Positions 18,996 to 28,117 are shown, numbered from the stretch's first letter. The stretch is DNA of 64,000 nt from an uncultured Sphingomicrobium sp. (GCA_964235815.1 CAXSCF010000001.1:26313-90312); one strand, 5' to 3'. Translations and numbers: made by a program. Notes: generated by a model not told the origin, from the sequence alone.

Positions 18996-19972
18996 ATCAT
19001 CCGCAAGCGACGGAGCCACGCCTCGACCAAGGACGGCCACTGCCCAGTCGCATGGCCGGCCGGGCGCATCCCGAAGGCATGTCCACCGCTCGCCAGCAGA
19101 TGCACTTCGGTCGGCACGCCTGCCGCGCGCAACGCTCGCGCGTAGACGATCGTGTTGCACACCGGGTCCGTTGGGTCATCCCGCGCGTGGAGCAAGAAGG
19201 TTGGCGGCGTGGCTCTGGTGACCTTGATCCCGGGGTCGAGCTTGCGGTGGTCGCGGCATAAGTGGCCGGGGTAAAGCGCCATCGCCGCATCGGGGCGGCT
19301 TGACACCCGGTCGATCGCGTCGCGCGGCGGATAGATAGGCGCCACGATGTTGCTGGTCTGCGCCACCAGATAGCCGCCGGCCGAGAAGCCGAGCACGCCG
19401 ATTTTCGCGCGATCGATGCCCCATTCGCGAGCGCGAAACCGCACGGTGCGGACCGCGCGCTGGGCATCTTCGAGCGCGCTCAGCCGCTTGGGCGTGACGC
19501 CGCAATCGCACCGCTCGTCATAATGATGATTGGTGCCGGGCACGCGGTATTTGACTAGCACGCAAGTCACGTCCAGCCGGACCAGCCAGTCGCAGGCTTC
19601 CGTCCCTTCGAGATCGATAGCCAATTGCTGAAAGCCGCCGCCGGGAAATACCAGCATCGCCGCCCCGCGCCCGCGCCGGGCGGGCTTAAAGACGGTCAAG
19701 GTTGGCTCTGCAACGTTGAAGACGCCAGTCACCGGCAATCCGGCGAAGCGCTTCGGGTTGGTCGCCGTCCGGGAATATTCACGCGCCGGCCTGATCGCCG
19801 GCCCGCCGGGCACTCCGCCCGGCCACAGGCGCATGGTGATGCCGCTGGGGCTGCGCCATTGTCCGGGAGCGATGCGCTCATTGAGAAGCTTAGGCCGTTG
19901 GGCGCTCGATCCCCCGCCAACAATCAAGCCGCACAGGATGACCGCAACCGTCCAAAAGCTTTTCATCGTCAT
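18992..19972 (-). CDS. Alpha/beta hydrolase (esterase/lipase-like), secreted
   Basis: GFSAGG nucleophile elbow, a signal-like N-terminus (MKSFWTVAVILCGLIVGG) and a C-terminal HLLASGGHAF. The MKSFW start at 19966 is also plausible. Confidence 0.7.
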   Translation of the reverse strand: MTMKSFWTVAVILCGLIVGGGSSAQRPKLLNERIAPGQWRSPSGITMRLWPGGVPGGPAIRPAREYSRTATNPKRFAGLPVTGVFNVAEPTLTVFKPARRGRGAAMLVFPGGGFQQLAIDLEGTEACDWLVRLDVTCVLVKYRVPGTNHHYDERCDCGVTPKRLSALEDAQRAVRTVRFRAREWGIDRAKIGVLGFSAGGYLVAQTSNIVAPIYPPRDAIDRVSSRPDAAMALYPGHLCRDHRKLDPGIKVTRATPPTFLLHARDDPTDPVCNTIVYARALRAAGVPTEVHLLASGGHAFGMRPAGHATGQWPSLVEAWLRRLRMI

Positions 19973-20067
19973 CCCCGCTCAAGGGTAATATTGTCAGTTT
20001 GACCGCTTGCCACGAGGAGGGTGTCGTCAGCGAGAGGCAATTTGCCCGCAACGTCGGCGATCGCCAA

Positions 20068-20871
20068 TCATACCGTCGCAATATCTGGCGCGTCTTCGGC
20101 CTTCATCCCGATCACATTATACCCCGCGTCGACGTGATGGATTTCGCCCGTCACGCCCGACGCCAAATCGCTGCATAGATACAGCCCCGCCCCGCCGACA
20201 TCGTCGATCGTCACGTTGCGCCTGAGCGGCGCATTATATTCGTTCCACTTCATGATGTAGCGAAAGTCGCCGATCCCGCTCGCTGCCAGCGTCTTGATCG
20301 GCCCGGCGCTGATCGCGTTGACGCGAATGCCTTCGGGGCCAAGGTCGGCGGCAAGGTACTTGACCGATGCCTCGAGCGCCGCCTTCGCCACCCCCATGAC
20401 GTTGTAATGCGGGATGACCTTCTCGGCGCCATAATAGCTCAGCGTGAGCAACGACCCGCCGGGCTTCATCATCGTCCGCGCCCGCGCCGCCACCGCGCAG
20501 AACGAAAAGACCGAGATGTTCATCGTCATCAGGAAATTGTCGAGGCTGGTGTCGACATAGCCTCCGCGCAGCTCGTTCTTGTCCGAAAAACCGATCGCGT
20601 GGACGACGAAGTCGAGCCCGTCCCATCGGGCCTTCAACGCCTCGAACGCGGCATCGAGCGCGGCCATGTCGCTGACGTCGCAATCGATCAGCAAATCGCT
20701 GCCCAGCTCGGCGGCGAGCGGCGCGACTCGCTTGCGCAACGCATCCCCCTGATAGGCGAACGCCAGTTCGGCGCCCGCCGCGCTCAGCTGACGGGCGATG
20801 CCCCACGCCAGCGATCGATCATTGGCGAGGCCCATAATCAACCCGCGCTTGCCTGCCATGATACCGCTCAT
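20068..20871 (-). CDS. fabI: Enoyl-[acyl-carrier-protein] reductase FabI
   Basis: GKRGLIMGLANDRSLAWGIA... with SDR/FabI pattern, 267 aa. ATGA overlap with the upstream gene. Confidence 0.9.
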   Translation of the reverse strand: MSGIMAGKRGLIMGLANDRSLAWGIARQLSAAGAELAFAYQGDALRKRVAPLAAELGSDLLIDCDVSDMAALDAAFEALKARWDGLDFVVHAIGFSDKNELRGGYVDTSLDNFLMTMNISVFSFCAVAARARTMMKPGGSLLTLSYYGAEKVIPHYNVMGVAKAALEASVKYLAADLGPEGIRVNAISAGPIKTLAASGIGDFRYIMKWNEYNAPLRRNVTIDDVGGAGLYLCSDLASGVTGEIHHVDAGYNVIGMKAEDAPDIATV

Positions 20872-21896
20872 CGCTTGGTCCCCTTTGCCGTTGGCTTGCG
20901 GTCATATTCATCGGCGGCGGGCTCTGTCACGCTCAATTCGTCGCGGTGCGGGCCTTCATAATGCTCGCCCTTGAGCGCGACGTCGCCGGCATCGGCCAGC
21001 GCCGCGTTGAGCTCGGCCCCCGCGACCACGCCCAGCCCGATGATGAAGAAGAAGACCAAGGCAACCATCACTCCGGCAAGGCTGCCATAGGTCAGCGCAT
21101 AACCCCCGAACATGCCGATCGCGCGCGGCAGCAATTCGACCGTCAGCAGCCACCACGTCGTCACCAGCAGCGCCCCCGGCCACTTGCGGCACGACAGCTT
21201 GCGATAGCGCGACGGGGTCAGCGCCAGGAACAGGATGTAGAAGGTCACGTACAACGTCACCCCGGGGGCGATGCGGAACAGCCCGAGGCGATGCGCCAGC
21301 CCTTCGCTGAACGGCAGCCGCGCAGTGACATATTGATGCGCCGAGGTCAGGAACAACGTCAGCCCGAAGGCGATCAAAAGCAGGATCACGGCGGCGACGA
21401 TCACCGCCATCGACCCCAGGCGATAGGTCCAGAAGCTGGCCGAGTGGCGCACGCCATACGCTCGGCGCAGGATATCGCGGATCGTCTCGATGAAGCTCGC
21501 CGCGGTCCACAGCCCGACGATCGCGCCGAACCACAGCAAATTGCCCGACCGCCCGTGGAGCACTTCGGCGATCGGCGCGGCGAGCACTTCGCGGACCTGC
21601 ATCGGCAATCGGGCGAGGATGTTGACGACGGTGAACTGGCCATCGGCGCCGCCGAACAATCGCGCGATCGCGGCCGCGCAGATCAGGAACGGGAACAGAG
21701 CGACGAGCGACATGTAGGCGATGTTGCCGGCGTGGACGAAGCCGTCCTCATAGACCCCGAACGCGACGCGCTTGAGCACGACCAGCGGAGGCGGGCCACG
21801 CCGCAACCGCTTGATGAGCTTGTCGCCCCACCGCGCATGCGCCTGCGCCAGGCGCTTGCGCCGTTCTTCGGGGGACAAGGGGTGAACTTCCTCCAT
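20868..21896 (-). CDS. YihY/BrkB family membrane protein
   Basis: A multi-TM protein with YihY-like sequence (GNIAYMSLVALFPFLI...). The internal ATG (MEEVHPL) lies 4 nt after the upstream stop. Confidence 0.7.
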   Translation of the reverse strand: MEEVHPLSPEERRKRLAQAHARWGDKLIKRLRRGPPPLVVLKRVAFGVYEDGFVHAGNIAYMSLVALFPFLICAAAIARLFGGADGQFTVVNILARLPMQVREVLAAPIAEVLHGRSGNLLWFGAIVGLWTAASFIETIRDILRRAYGVRHSASFWTYRLGSMAVIVAAVILLLIAFGLTLFLTSAHQYVTARLPFSEGLAHRLGLFRIAPGVTLYVTFYILFLALTPSRYRKLSCRKWPGALLVTTWWLLTVELLPRAIGMFGGYALTYGSLAGVMVALVFFFIIGLGVVAGAELNAALADAGDVALKGEHYEGPHRDELSVTEPAADEYDRKPTAKGTKR

Positions 21897-21900
21897 CGGC

Positions 21901-22881
21901 TCAGACCCCCAGCGGGGCGCGGGGATTGCCCGCGCCGTTCCACTCGGCGGCAAAGGCTTCGAGCGCGGCATCGCCCGCGGGCAGATCGACGACCAGCTGC
22001 ACCACCTGGTCGCCGCGCGTTCCCGACTTGGCGGTAAAGCCGCGCCCCTTAAGGCGGAGCAACTTGCCAGAGGTCGATCCCTTGGGGACGGTCAGCATCA
22101 CCGCGCCCTCGGGGGTCGGCACCTTGACCTTGGCGCCGAGCACGGCTTCCTTGAGGCTGACCGGGAGCAAGAGGCGAATAGTATCGCCTTCGCGCGTGAA
22201 AAAGGCATGCGGGGCAATCTCGATCGTGACGATCGCGTCGCCATTGCCGGCGGGGCCCGCCTCGCCCTGGCCACTCAGCCGGATGCGTGCCCCATCCTCG
22301 ACCCCCTTGGGCAGCTTCAGGTCGATCGTCTTGCCCGCCGCCAGCGTCACGCGCTGTGGCTTGAGCGTCGCGGCATCGGCGAACGGGACTTGCAGTCGAT
22401 AGGCGATGTCGGCGCCTTTCTGGGCCGCGCGGCTGCGTCCGAACCCGGCCCCCGCGCCTGGCGCGGCGCGGCGCTGGCCGCCGCCGTTGAACAGGCCTTC
22501 GAACAGGTCGGACAGGTCGGGGCTTCCTCCGGTCTCGAACCCGCCACCAGGAAATCCGCCCCCGGGAAAGCCCTCGAACCCGCCCGGACGCGCGCCCGCG
22601 CCGCCGCCATAACCGCCGCCGCCGCCAAAGCCGCCGCCGCCAAAGCTCGACTTGGGATTGCCGTCCTCGTCGATCTCGCCGCGATCATAGCGCGCGCGCT
22701 TGTCCTTGTCGGACAGCAGGTCATAGGCGTTGGTGATCGCGGTGAAGCGCTCATTGGCCTTGGGATTGTCCTGGTTGCGGTCGGGATGAAGCTGTTTCGC
22801 CAGGCTGCGATAGGCTTTCTTGATCTCGGGCTCGGTCGCGCCGCGCTTGACGCCCAGTCGTTGATACAGGTCCATCGTCAT
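21901..22881 (-). CDS. DnaJ-family co-chaperone (CbpA-like; J domain, G-rich linker, DnaJ C-terminal domains, no zinc finger)
   Basis: DLYQRLGVKRGATEPEIKKAYRSLAKQLHPDRN, including the HPD motif. An alternative ATG lies at 22875. Confidence 0.8.
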   Translation of the reverse strand: MTMDLYQRLGVKRGATEPEIKKAYRSLAKQLHPDRNQDNPKANERFTAITNAYDLLSDKDKRARYDRGEIDEDGNPKSSFGGGGFGGGGGYGGGAGARPGGFEGFPGGGFPGGGFETGGSPDLSDLFEGLFNGGGQRRAAPGAGAGFGRSRAAQKGADIAYRLQVPFADAATLKPQRVTLAAGKTIDLKLPKGVEDGARIRLSGQGEAGPAGNGDAIVTIEIAPHAFFTREGDTIRLLLPVSLKEAVLGAKVKVPTPEGAVMLTVPKGSTSGKLLRLKGRGFTAKSGTRGDQVVQLVVDLPAGDAALEAFAAEWNGAGNPRAPLGV

Positions 22882-22952
22882 CCTCTAGCCGCAACCGACG
22901 CGAACCAACAAGCCGGTTGCCCGGTTCGGGGCCCGCGCCTAAGCCGCGAGTG

Positions 22953-23531
22953 ATGGCCGACGATCCCCTTGCCCTGTTCGACGCCTGGTTCGCCGAGGCC
23001 CGCGCGCACGAACGCAACGACCCCGAAGCCGTCGCGCTGGCCACCGCCGACGGCGCCGGGCGACCGTCGCTGCGGATGGTGCTGCTCAAGGGCCACGACG
23101 CGCGCGGCTTCGTCATCTACACCAACCTCGACAGCCGCAAGGGAGGCGAACTCGCCATGAATCCCCACGCCGCCTTGCTGTTCCACTGGAAGTCGCTGCG
23201 CCGCCAGGTCCGCCTCGAAGGCCCCGTCAGCCTCGTCGACGACGCCGAGGCCGATGCCTATTTCGCTACCCGCGGGCGCGATTCGCGGATCGGCGCATGG
23301 GCCTCCGACCAGTCGCGCTTGCTCGCCGACCGCGCCACCTTCGACGCCCGCGTCGCCGCCGTCCGGCATCGCTTCGAGGGCGCCGACGTTCCCCGCCCGC
23401 CGCGCTGGTCGGGGTTCCGCGTCACCCCTCAGCGGATCGAATTCTGGTCCGATCGCGAAGCCCGCCTCCACGAGCGCCGCTTGTTCACGCGCGACGGCGC
23501 GGGCTGGACCGAAGGCCTGCTCTACCCATGA
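22953..23531 (+). CDS. pdxH: Pyridoxamine 5'-phosphate oxidase PdxH
   Basis: MADDPLALFDAWFAEA...RMVLLKG...IEFWSDREARLHERRLF, a typical PdxH sequence. Confidence 0.9.
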   Translation: MADDPLALFDAWFAEARAHERNDPEAVALATADGAGRPSLRMVLLKGHDARGFVIYTNLDSRKGGELAMNPHAALLFHWKSLRRQVRLEGPVSLVDDAEADAYFATRGRDSRIGAWASDQSRLLADRATFDARVAAVRHRFEGADVPRPPRWSGFRVTPQRIEFWSDREARLHERRLFTRDGAGWTEGLLYP

Positions 23532-24466
23532 CCCAATATCACGAACAGCACGCCGAGCGCGCCAGGCTCGCGACCCGCGCCGCGCTGGCCAGCGTGTCGG
23601 TCGCCATTCTGCTGCTCGGGCTCAAGGGCTGGGCGGCCTGGTCGACCGCCTCGATGGCGATGCTCGGCAGCCTTGCCGATACCGGGCTCGACCTCATCGC
23701 CAGCCTCGTTACGCTCGCCGGGGTGCGCATCGCCTCGGCACCGGCCGACAGCGACCACCGTTTCGGCCACGGCAAGGCCGAAGCGCTGGTCGCTCTGTTC
23801 CAGATCGTCCTGATCACGATTTCGGCGGGGTGGATCGGTTATCGTTCGGTCGAACGATTGCTCGCCGGGGCCGAAACCGGGTCGGCCGAACTCGGCATCG
23901 GCGTGTCGCTCGTCGCCTTGGCCGCGACCTTCGCCCTGATCGCCTATCAGCGCCACGTCGTCACCCGCACCGGCTCGGTCGCGATCGCCACCGATCGTGT
24001 CCATTACCAGTCGGATCTGTTGCTCAATGGATCGGTCATCGTCGCATTGGTGCTCGACCAGTTCCTCGGGCTGGTTGGCGCCGATGCCTTGTTCGGGCTG
24101 CTCATCGCCGGCTGGCTGTTGTTCGGCGCGTGGCGCTCGTCGAGCCAGGCGATCGATCAGCTGATGGACCGCGAATGGCCGGAAGGCCAGCGCGCCGCCT
24201 TCCTCGCCGCCGCGGCCGACCATCCCGAGCTCGACGGCCTCCACGACCTCAGGACTCGCACCAGCGGATCGAACCATTTCGTCCAGTTCCACGTCTGGGT
24301 GCCCGGCGAATGGACCGTGCGCGAGGCCCACGACCGGCTCGACCTGGTCGAGGAAGCGCTCGAGGCACGGTTCCCCGGCACCGAAATCCTGATCCACCTC
24401 GACCCCCACGGCCATACCGATCGCGAGACGATGCTGCCCAGCCATCTGACCGAAACCGTGCAATGA
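23528..24466 (+). CDS. Cation diffusion facilitator family transporter (FieF-like)
   Basis: The internal ATG at 23528 overlaps the pdxH stop (ATGA). SMAMLGSLADTGLDLIASL and HRFGHGKAE are CDF motifs. Confidence 0.8.
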   Translation: MTQYHEQHAERARLATRAALASVSVAILLLGLKGWAAWSTASMAMLGSLADTGLDLIASLVTLAGVRIASAPADSDHRFGHGKAEALVALFQIVLITISAGWIGYRSVERLLAGAETGSAELGIGVSLVALAATFALIAYQRHVVTRTGSVAIATDRVHYQSDLLLNGSVIVALVLDQFLGLVGADALFGLLIAGWLLFGAWRSSSQAIDQLMDREWPEGQRAAFLAAAADHPELDGLHDLRTRTSGSNHFVQFHVWVPGEWTVREAHDRLDLVEEALEARFPGTEILIHLDPHGHTDRETMLPSHLTETVQ

Positions 24467-25242
24467 TCAACTTGCCCTTTTTTCAGGTCGATGCCTTTGC
24501 CGCGCGGCCGTTCGAGGGCAATCCGGCGGCGGTCATGCCGCTCGCCGAATGGCTCCCCGACGAAACGCTTCAGGCGATCGCCGCCGAGAATAATCTCAGC
24601 GAGACGGCCTTCGCGGTGCCGAGCGATGACCCCGCCGCCGATTATGCGTTGCGCTGGTTCACGCCGACGGTCGAGGTCGATCTGTGCGGCCACGCGACGC
24701 TCGCCAGCGGGCATGTCCTGATGACCGGCTCCACGATCCGCTTCGCCACGCGCTCGGGGGTGCTCGTCGTGACGCGCGAGGACGGCATATTGTGGCTCGA
24801 TCTGCCCGCCAGCCAGGTCGCCGCGGGCGACGAGCCCGGCCTCCACGACGCGCTCGGCGTGACCGGTCCGACCTATCTTGGCCGCGACGGCAATGGCGCC
24901 GCGATCGTCCTCCTCGCCGATGAAGCCGCGGTCCGCGCCGTCCGGCCCGATTTCGCCGCGCTGCGCACCATCGACCGCCTGGTGATCGTCACCGCGCCGG
25001 GCGACGCGAGCGATATCGCCAGCCGCGTCTTCGCCGCTTACCACGGGATCGACGAGGATCCGGTGACGGGTTCGGCCCATGCGGCGCTCGTTCCGTGGTG
25101 GGCGCAGCGCCTCGGCCGCACCCGCTTCAGCGCGATCCAGGCGAGCAGGCGCTCGGGCGCGATCGACTGCCACCTGGCCGGGGACCGCGTCCGCCTCGGC
25201 GGGCAGGCAGTGACCGTGATCGAAGGCTATTTTCAGCTCTGA
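24463..25242 (+). CDS. PhzF family isomerase-like protein
   Basis: The ATG at 24463 overlaps the CDF stop (ATGA). MINLPFFQVDAFAARPFEGNPAAV...ETAF...RWFTP..EVDLCGHATLA is the PhzF signature. Confidence 0.85.
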   Translation: MINLPFFQVDAFAARPFEGNPAAVMPLAEWLPDETLQAIAAENNLSETAFAVPSDDPAADYALRWFTPTVEVDLCGHATLASGHVLMTGSTIRFATRSGVLVVTREDGILWLDLPASQVAAGDEPGLHDALGVTGPTYLGRDGNGAAIVLLADEAAVRAVRPDFAALRTIDRLVIVTAPGDASDIASRVFAAYHGIDEDPVTGSAHAALVPWWAQRLGRTRFSAIQASRRSGAIDCHLAGDRVRLGGQAVTVIEGYFQL

Positions 25243-25293
25243 TCGCTGGGTTCGCGCGCTTGCCCCCTTGCGCGGAACCATCGCCCTGCCCAT

Positions 25294-25313
25294 TTATTGT
25301 GCACTGCAGCATA
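25294..25313 (+). promoter_or_regulatory. Candidate operator TTATTGTGCACTGCAGCATA (possible PhaR-type site) upstream of the PHB-depolymerase-family esterase
   Basis: This 20-mer is identical to the one abutting the phasin RBS (41141-41160, minus strand). It contains TGC-N3-GCA and the half-palindrome TTGTGC-N6-GCATAA, with 47 nt between its end and the ATG. Confidence 0.5.
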
Positions 25314-25360
25314 ACCCTGTTGCGGGCTCCGGCGCATTGCCGTCTCACAAGGAATTCATC

Positions 25361-26491
25361 ATGCGCCGATTGGGACCGACGATCGCCCGCCTCCACGCGT
25401 TCCGCCGCGGCCTTGATCTTGGCGAAACCGGAAATGGGGGCCGCTTAAGCATCTTGACCGGCTTCGGCGCCAATCCGGGCGCCTTGTCCGCCAAGACCTA
25501 CCTTCCTGCCTCTCTCGCCCCAGGCGCCGCGCTGGTGGTCGTGCTCCACGGCTGCACGCAGCAGGCCGAGCCTTATGATCGCGGCAGTGGCTGGTCGGCG
25601 CTTGCCGAGCGCGACGGGTTCGCGCTGCTCTATCCCGAACAGGTCCGGGCCAATAATCATAATCTGTGCTTCAACTGGTACGAACCGGGCGATGCGCGGC
25701 GCGGGCGGGGCGAGGCGGCGTCGATCGCGCAGATGGTCCGCCACCTGATCGCGACACACGGCCTCGATCCGGCGCGGGTCTATATCAACGGGCTGTCGGC
25801 CGGCGGGGCGATGACCGCGGCGATCCTCGCTTGCTATCCCGAACTGTTCGCTGGCGGCGCCATCCTTGCCGGCTTGCCGTTCGCCGTCGCGACGGGGGTC
25901 CCCGAAGCGCTTGAACGGATGCGCGCGCAGGGCATGCCATCGCGCGCCGCGCTTGCCAGCCGGATCGCCGGCGCCGCCGATCATCGTGGCCCGTGGCCGA
26001 CAGTGTCGGTGTGGCACGGCACCGCCGATCATGTCGTCAGCAACGCCAATGCGGGACGGATCGTCGATCAGTGGCGCGATCGCATCGGCCTTGGCCAGGC
26101 GCCCGCGGCGCGCGACACGGTCGGCGGTCAGGCGCGCACGCGCTGGCGCGATCCCTCGGGCAAGGTGATGGTCGAACGGATCGACATCGCCGGGATGGGC
26201 CACGGCACGCCGCTCGGCACTCGCGGCGGCTTCGGGCAGGCCGGGCCGCACATGCTCGAGGTCGGACTGTGCTCGACCAGCTATCTCGCGGCGGAATGGA
26301 AATTGGGCGCGACAGCGACGCGCGAGGCAGGCGTTCGGCCAGCGGTTCACGCCATGCCCGCGATCGCTTTGCCTGCCGTTGTCGCGGCCCCCGCCCAGCC
26401 CGCCGCCCTAAGCCGCCCGGCCGTGGCGCGAGCGACAGGGGTCGGCGCGGTGATCGAGGACGCCCTGCGCGCCGCCGGCCTGATGCGTTAG
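25361..26491 (+). CDS. PHB depolymerase family esterase (esterase_phb type)
   Basis: FGANPGAL...VVVLHGCTQ...NLCFNWYEPGDARRGRGE...INGLSAGGAM. AAGGAA precedes the ATG and there is no obvious signal peptide. Confidence 0.8.
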   Translation: MRRLGPTIARLHAFRRGLDLGETGNGGRLSILTGFGANPGALSAKTYLPASLAPGAALVVVLHGCTQQAEPYDRGSGWSALAERDGFALLYPEQVRANNHNLCFNWYEPGDARRGRGEAASIAQMVRHLIATHGLDPARVYINGLSAGGAMTAAILACYPELFAGGAILAGLPFAVATGVPEALERMRAQGMPSRAALASRIAGAADHRGPWPTVSVWHGTADHVVSNANAGRIVDQWRDRIGLGQAPAARDTVGGQARTRWRDPSGKVMVERIDIAGMGHGTPLGTRGGFGQAGPHMLEVGLCSTSYLAAEWKLGATATREAGVRPAVHAMPAIALPAVVAAPAQPAALSRPAVARATGVGAVIEDALRAAGLMR

Positions 26492-26964
26492 TTGACCGTC
26501 GGCCCGGGGGTGACGGCGTGGAGCGCCATGCGAAAGCGAAGCACGCTGTTGGCCGGGATCGGGCCCGTCGCGCGCGCGCCATAGCCCAGCTGGGGCGGGA
26601 TCCACACGATCCATTCGTCGCCGGGGCGCATCAATTTGAGCGCCTCGGTGAAGCCGGGAACGAAATCGCCGACCCCGCCGGTAATCGGCGTGCCCCGCGC
26701 GAAGCTGCTGTCGAAGGTCTCGCTTGTGGTCAACTTGCCTTCATAGTCGAAATTGACCTGATCTCCGTCGACCGGCAGGCGCCCCATCTTGGAACCCGAC
26801 TTGAGGACATAAAATTGCAATCCGCTGGCGGTCGTCACGACGCGCTTGACGGCGGCGTTGCGGGTCAGGAAGTCGGGGCCTGCCGCGGTCATCGGCTCCC
26901 TCGGCGCGGTGGCGCAGGCGGACAGGAGGGACAAAGCGAGCGCGGGGAGGAGAAGTGTTTTCAT
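26488..26964 (-). CDS. FKBP-type peptidyl-prolyl cis-trans isomerase, lipoprotein
   Basis: Lipobox LLSAC; GLQFYVLKSG...VNFDYEGKL...FDSS...VPGFTEAL..M..GD is the FKBP core. Confidence 0.85.
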   Translation of the reverse strand: MKTLLLPALALSLLSACATAPREPMTAAGPDFLTRNAAVKRVVTTASGLQFYVLKSGSKMGRLPVDGDQVNFDYEGKLTTSETFDSSFARGTPITGGVGDFVPGFTEALKLMRPGDEWIVWIPPQLGYGARATGPIPANSVLRFRMALHAVTPGPTVN

Positions 26965-27019
26965 GCCCCCTGTTTAACGCTGCCAACTTGAATGGGAATA
27001 TGCATTCGACACAATCCCA

Positions 27020-27048
27020 ACGTCCGCTTTCGACCCCTTGCGGACATT
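27020..27048. repeat. Hairpin repeat copy 1 (GTCCGC-N12-GCGGAC family)
   Basis: ACGTCCGCTTTCGACCCCTTGCGGACATT, located just downstream of the 60-aa ORF. Confidence 0.7.
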
Positions 27049-27059
27049 ACCGCTGATCC

Positions 27060-27242
27060 TCAGAGGCAATCGCCCCCTGCACACGCTATGAGCAAACCGG
27101 CCGACATGACGACGGGGTAGAGGACGACAGGAGCGGTGATAAGCAGCCACCATGCCCGGTGCCGACGTATTGCGGAAGCAGTCAGCGCCGCCCATGCAAT
27201 GACAGCGAGCCAAAAGAGCCACGCGAACCCGCCGAGGGCCAT
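27060..27242 (-). CDS. Small hydrophobic protein (60 aa), speculative
   Basis: ATG start and two TM-like segments (FAWLFWLAVIAWAALTA, WWLLITAPVVLYPVVMSAGLLIA). It lies in the low-GC islet and has no clear SD sequence. Confidence 0.35.
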   Translation of the reverse strand: MALGGFAWLFWLAVIAWAALTASAIRRHRAWWLLITAPVVLYPVVMSAGLLIACAGGDCL

Positions 27243-27370
27243 TTCAAGCCACCCGTGGCGGAACTGGGTCTGTCAGAGGGGAAGCGCGACGGCGATGATG
27301 ATCGGGAACAGCAGCCACCAGAGGCGGCTCACGGGTCGAGGCGTTTCCATCGACGGTATCGTTGCACGTC

Positions 27371-27402
27371 GAATGTCCGCTTTCCACCCATTGCGGACAT
27401 TC
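27371..27402. repeat. Hairpin repeat copy 2
   Basis: GAATGTCCGCTTTCCACCCATTGCGGACATTC forms a 10-bp stem. It overlaps the stop of the Sel1-like ORF. Confidence 0.7.
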
Positions 27403-27850
27403 AGGGCACAGCAGCGTGCGTCCCTCTGAACGCAAAGCTCAAGGCACCTTCTATGGCCCACCTCCATCCGCGCGGTATGTCACGTAGGCCGAGCTTCCCC
27501 AGCATCATCCATCGTGCAAGCAAAAGTTTCGCTTCCGGATGGCCCCATTTTGCAGCGTGATTGAGGAGAGGTCGGACTTCTCGGCGCACTTTGCCGGTCT
27601 CGGACCGCTTGTATCGGAGCCAAGCGAGCCAGAAGTAGGCTGGGACGAAACCAGAGGTGACGCCGTCCTCTAAGGTTCGTTCGCAATCATCGTAACGCTC
27701 GAGTTCCGCAAGAAGTCTGGCGTAGTGGATCGTTGCGCCCCACGATCCCCCGCAGATCGCTCGATAGTAATATTCCAGCGCCATTTGAGGGTCAGCGGCG
27801 ACCCCCGTCCCCGCCCAGTAATGCCATCCAACCCGTTCCAAGGACCACAC
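27401..27850 (-). CDS. Sel1-like repeat protein, possibly 5'-degraded (pseudogene candidate)
   Basis: Sel1/TPR-like repeats (GWHYWAGTGVAADPQMALEYYYRA...). The only start is the GTG at 27850, yet the frame stays open and protein-like upstream to 28156 with no ATG, GTG or TTG. Confidence 0.45.
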   Translation of the reverse strand: MWSLERVGWHYWAGTGVAADPQMALEYYYRAICGGSWGATIHYARLLAELERYDDCERTLEDGVTSGFVPAYFWLAWLRYKRSETGKVRREVRPLLNHAAKWGHPEAKLLLARWMMLGKLGLRDIPRGWRWAIEGALSFAFRGTHAAVP

Positions 27851-28117
27851 CGATCCTGCCTCCGCCGCCTCGCGGTAGAGCCGAAGCGCAGATTCCCCAT
27901 CCGCATCGTCTATCTCAGCGGCGCGCCGGATTAGTGCCCAGTTTTCGTCGGTTTCAGCCGAAAGAAGCTGATCCTCGTTTGAGGCCGCTCTCTCCCAAGC
28001 GTCTGAATGGGCAGAGAAGGCGTCCCAGAACTTGGCGCAGACTTTACAGATCGAAGCTCTCCTGCGGCCTGTAGTGCGTGCTGCAAGCCTCGACCTGCAG
28101 CCGTCGTTAACGCGCCT

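Noticed and set aside
16455-19160. 901-aa ORF on the minus strand
   Set aside because: It is entirely antisense to the DUF305/LVIVD gene and the neighbouring hydrolase. Its composition is Arg/Ala/Gly-rich and typical of an out-of-frame high-GC artefact. It has no recognisable motifs, whereas the plus-strand gene has a signal peptide, an RBS and domain motifs.
23254-24462. Long N-terminal extension of the PhzF ORF (662 aa listed). Similar extensions occur on purA (14877-15158), the two CDF genes, mnmA, lptG, serA and the SIMPL gene.
   Set aside because: The extensions overlap well-supported neighbouring genes in other frames and are Arg/Pro-rich. Internal ATG or GTG codons with SD sequences or ATGA coupling give family-typical lengths.
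27273-27350. 25-aa hydrophobic peptide ORF (METPRPVSRLWWLLFPIIIAVALPL)
   Set aside because: It is too short and lacks an SD sequence, so it cannot be distinguished from chance. It is mentioned under the islet finding rather than listed as a feature.
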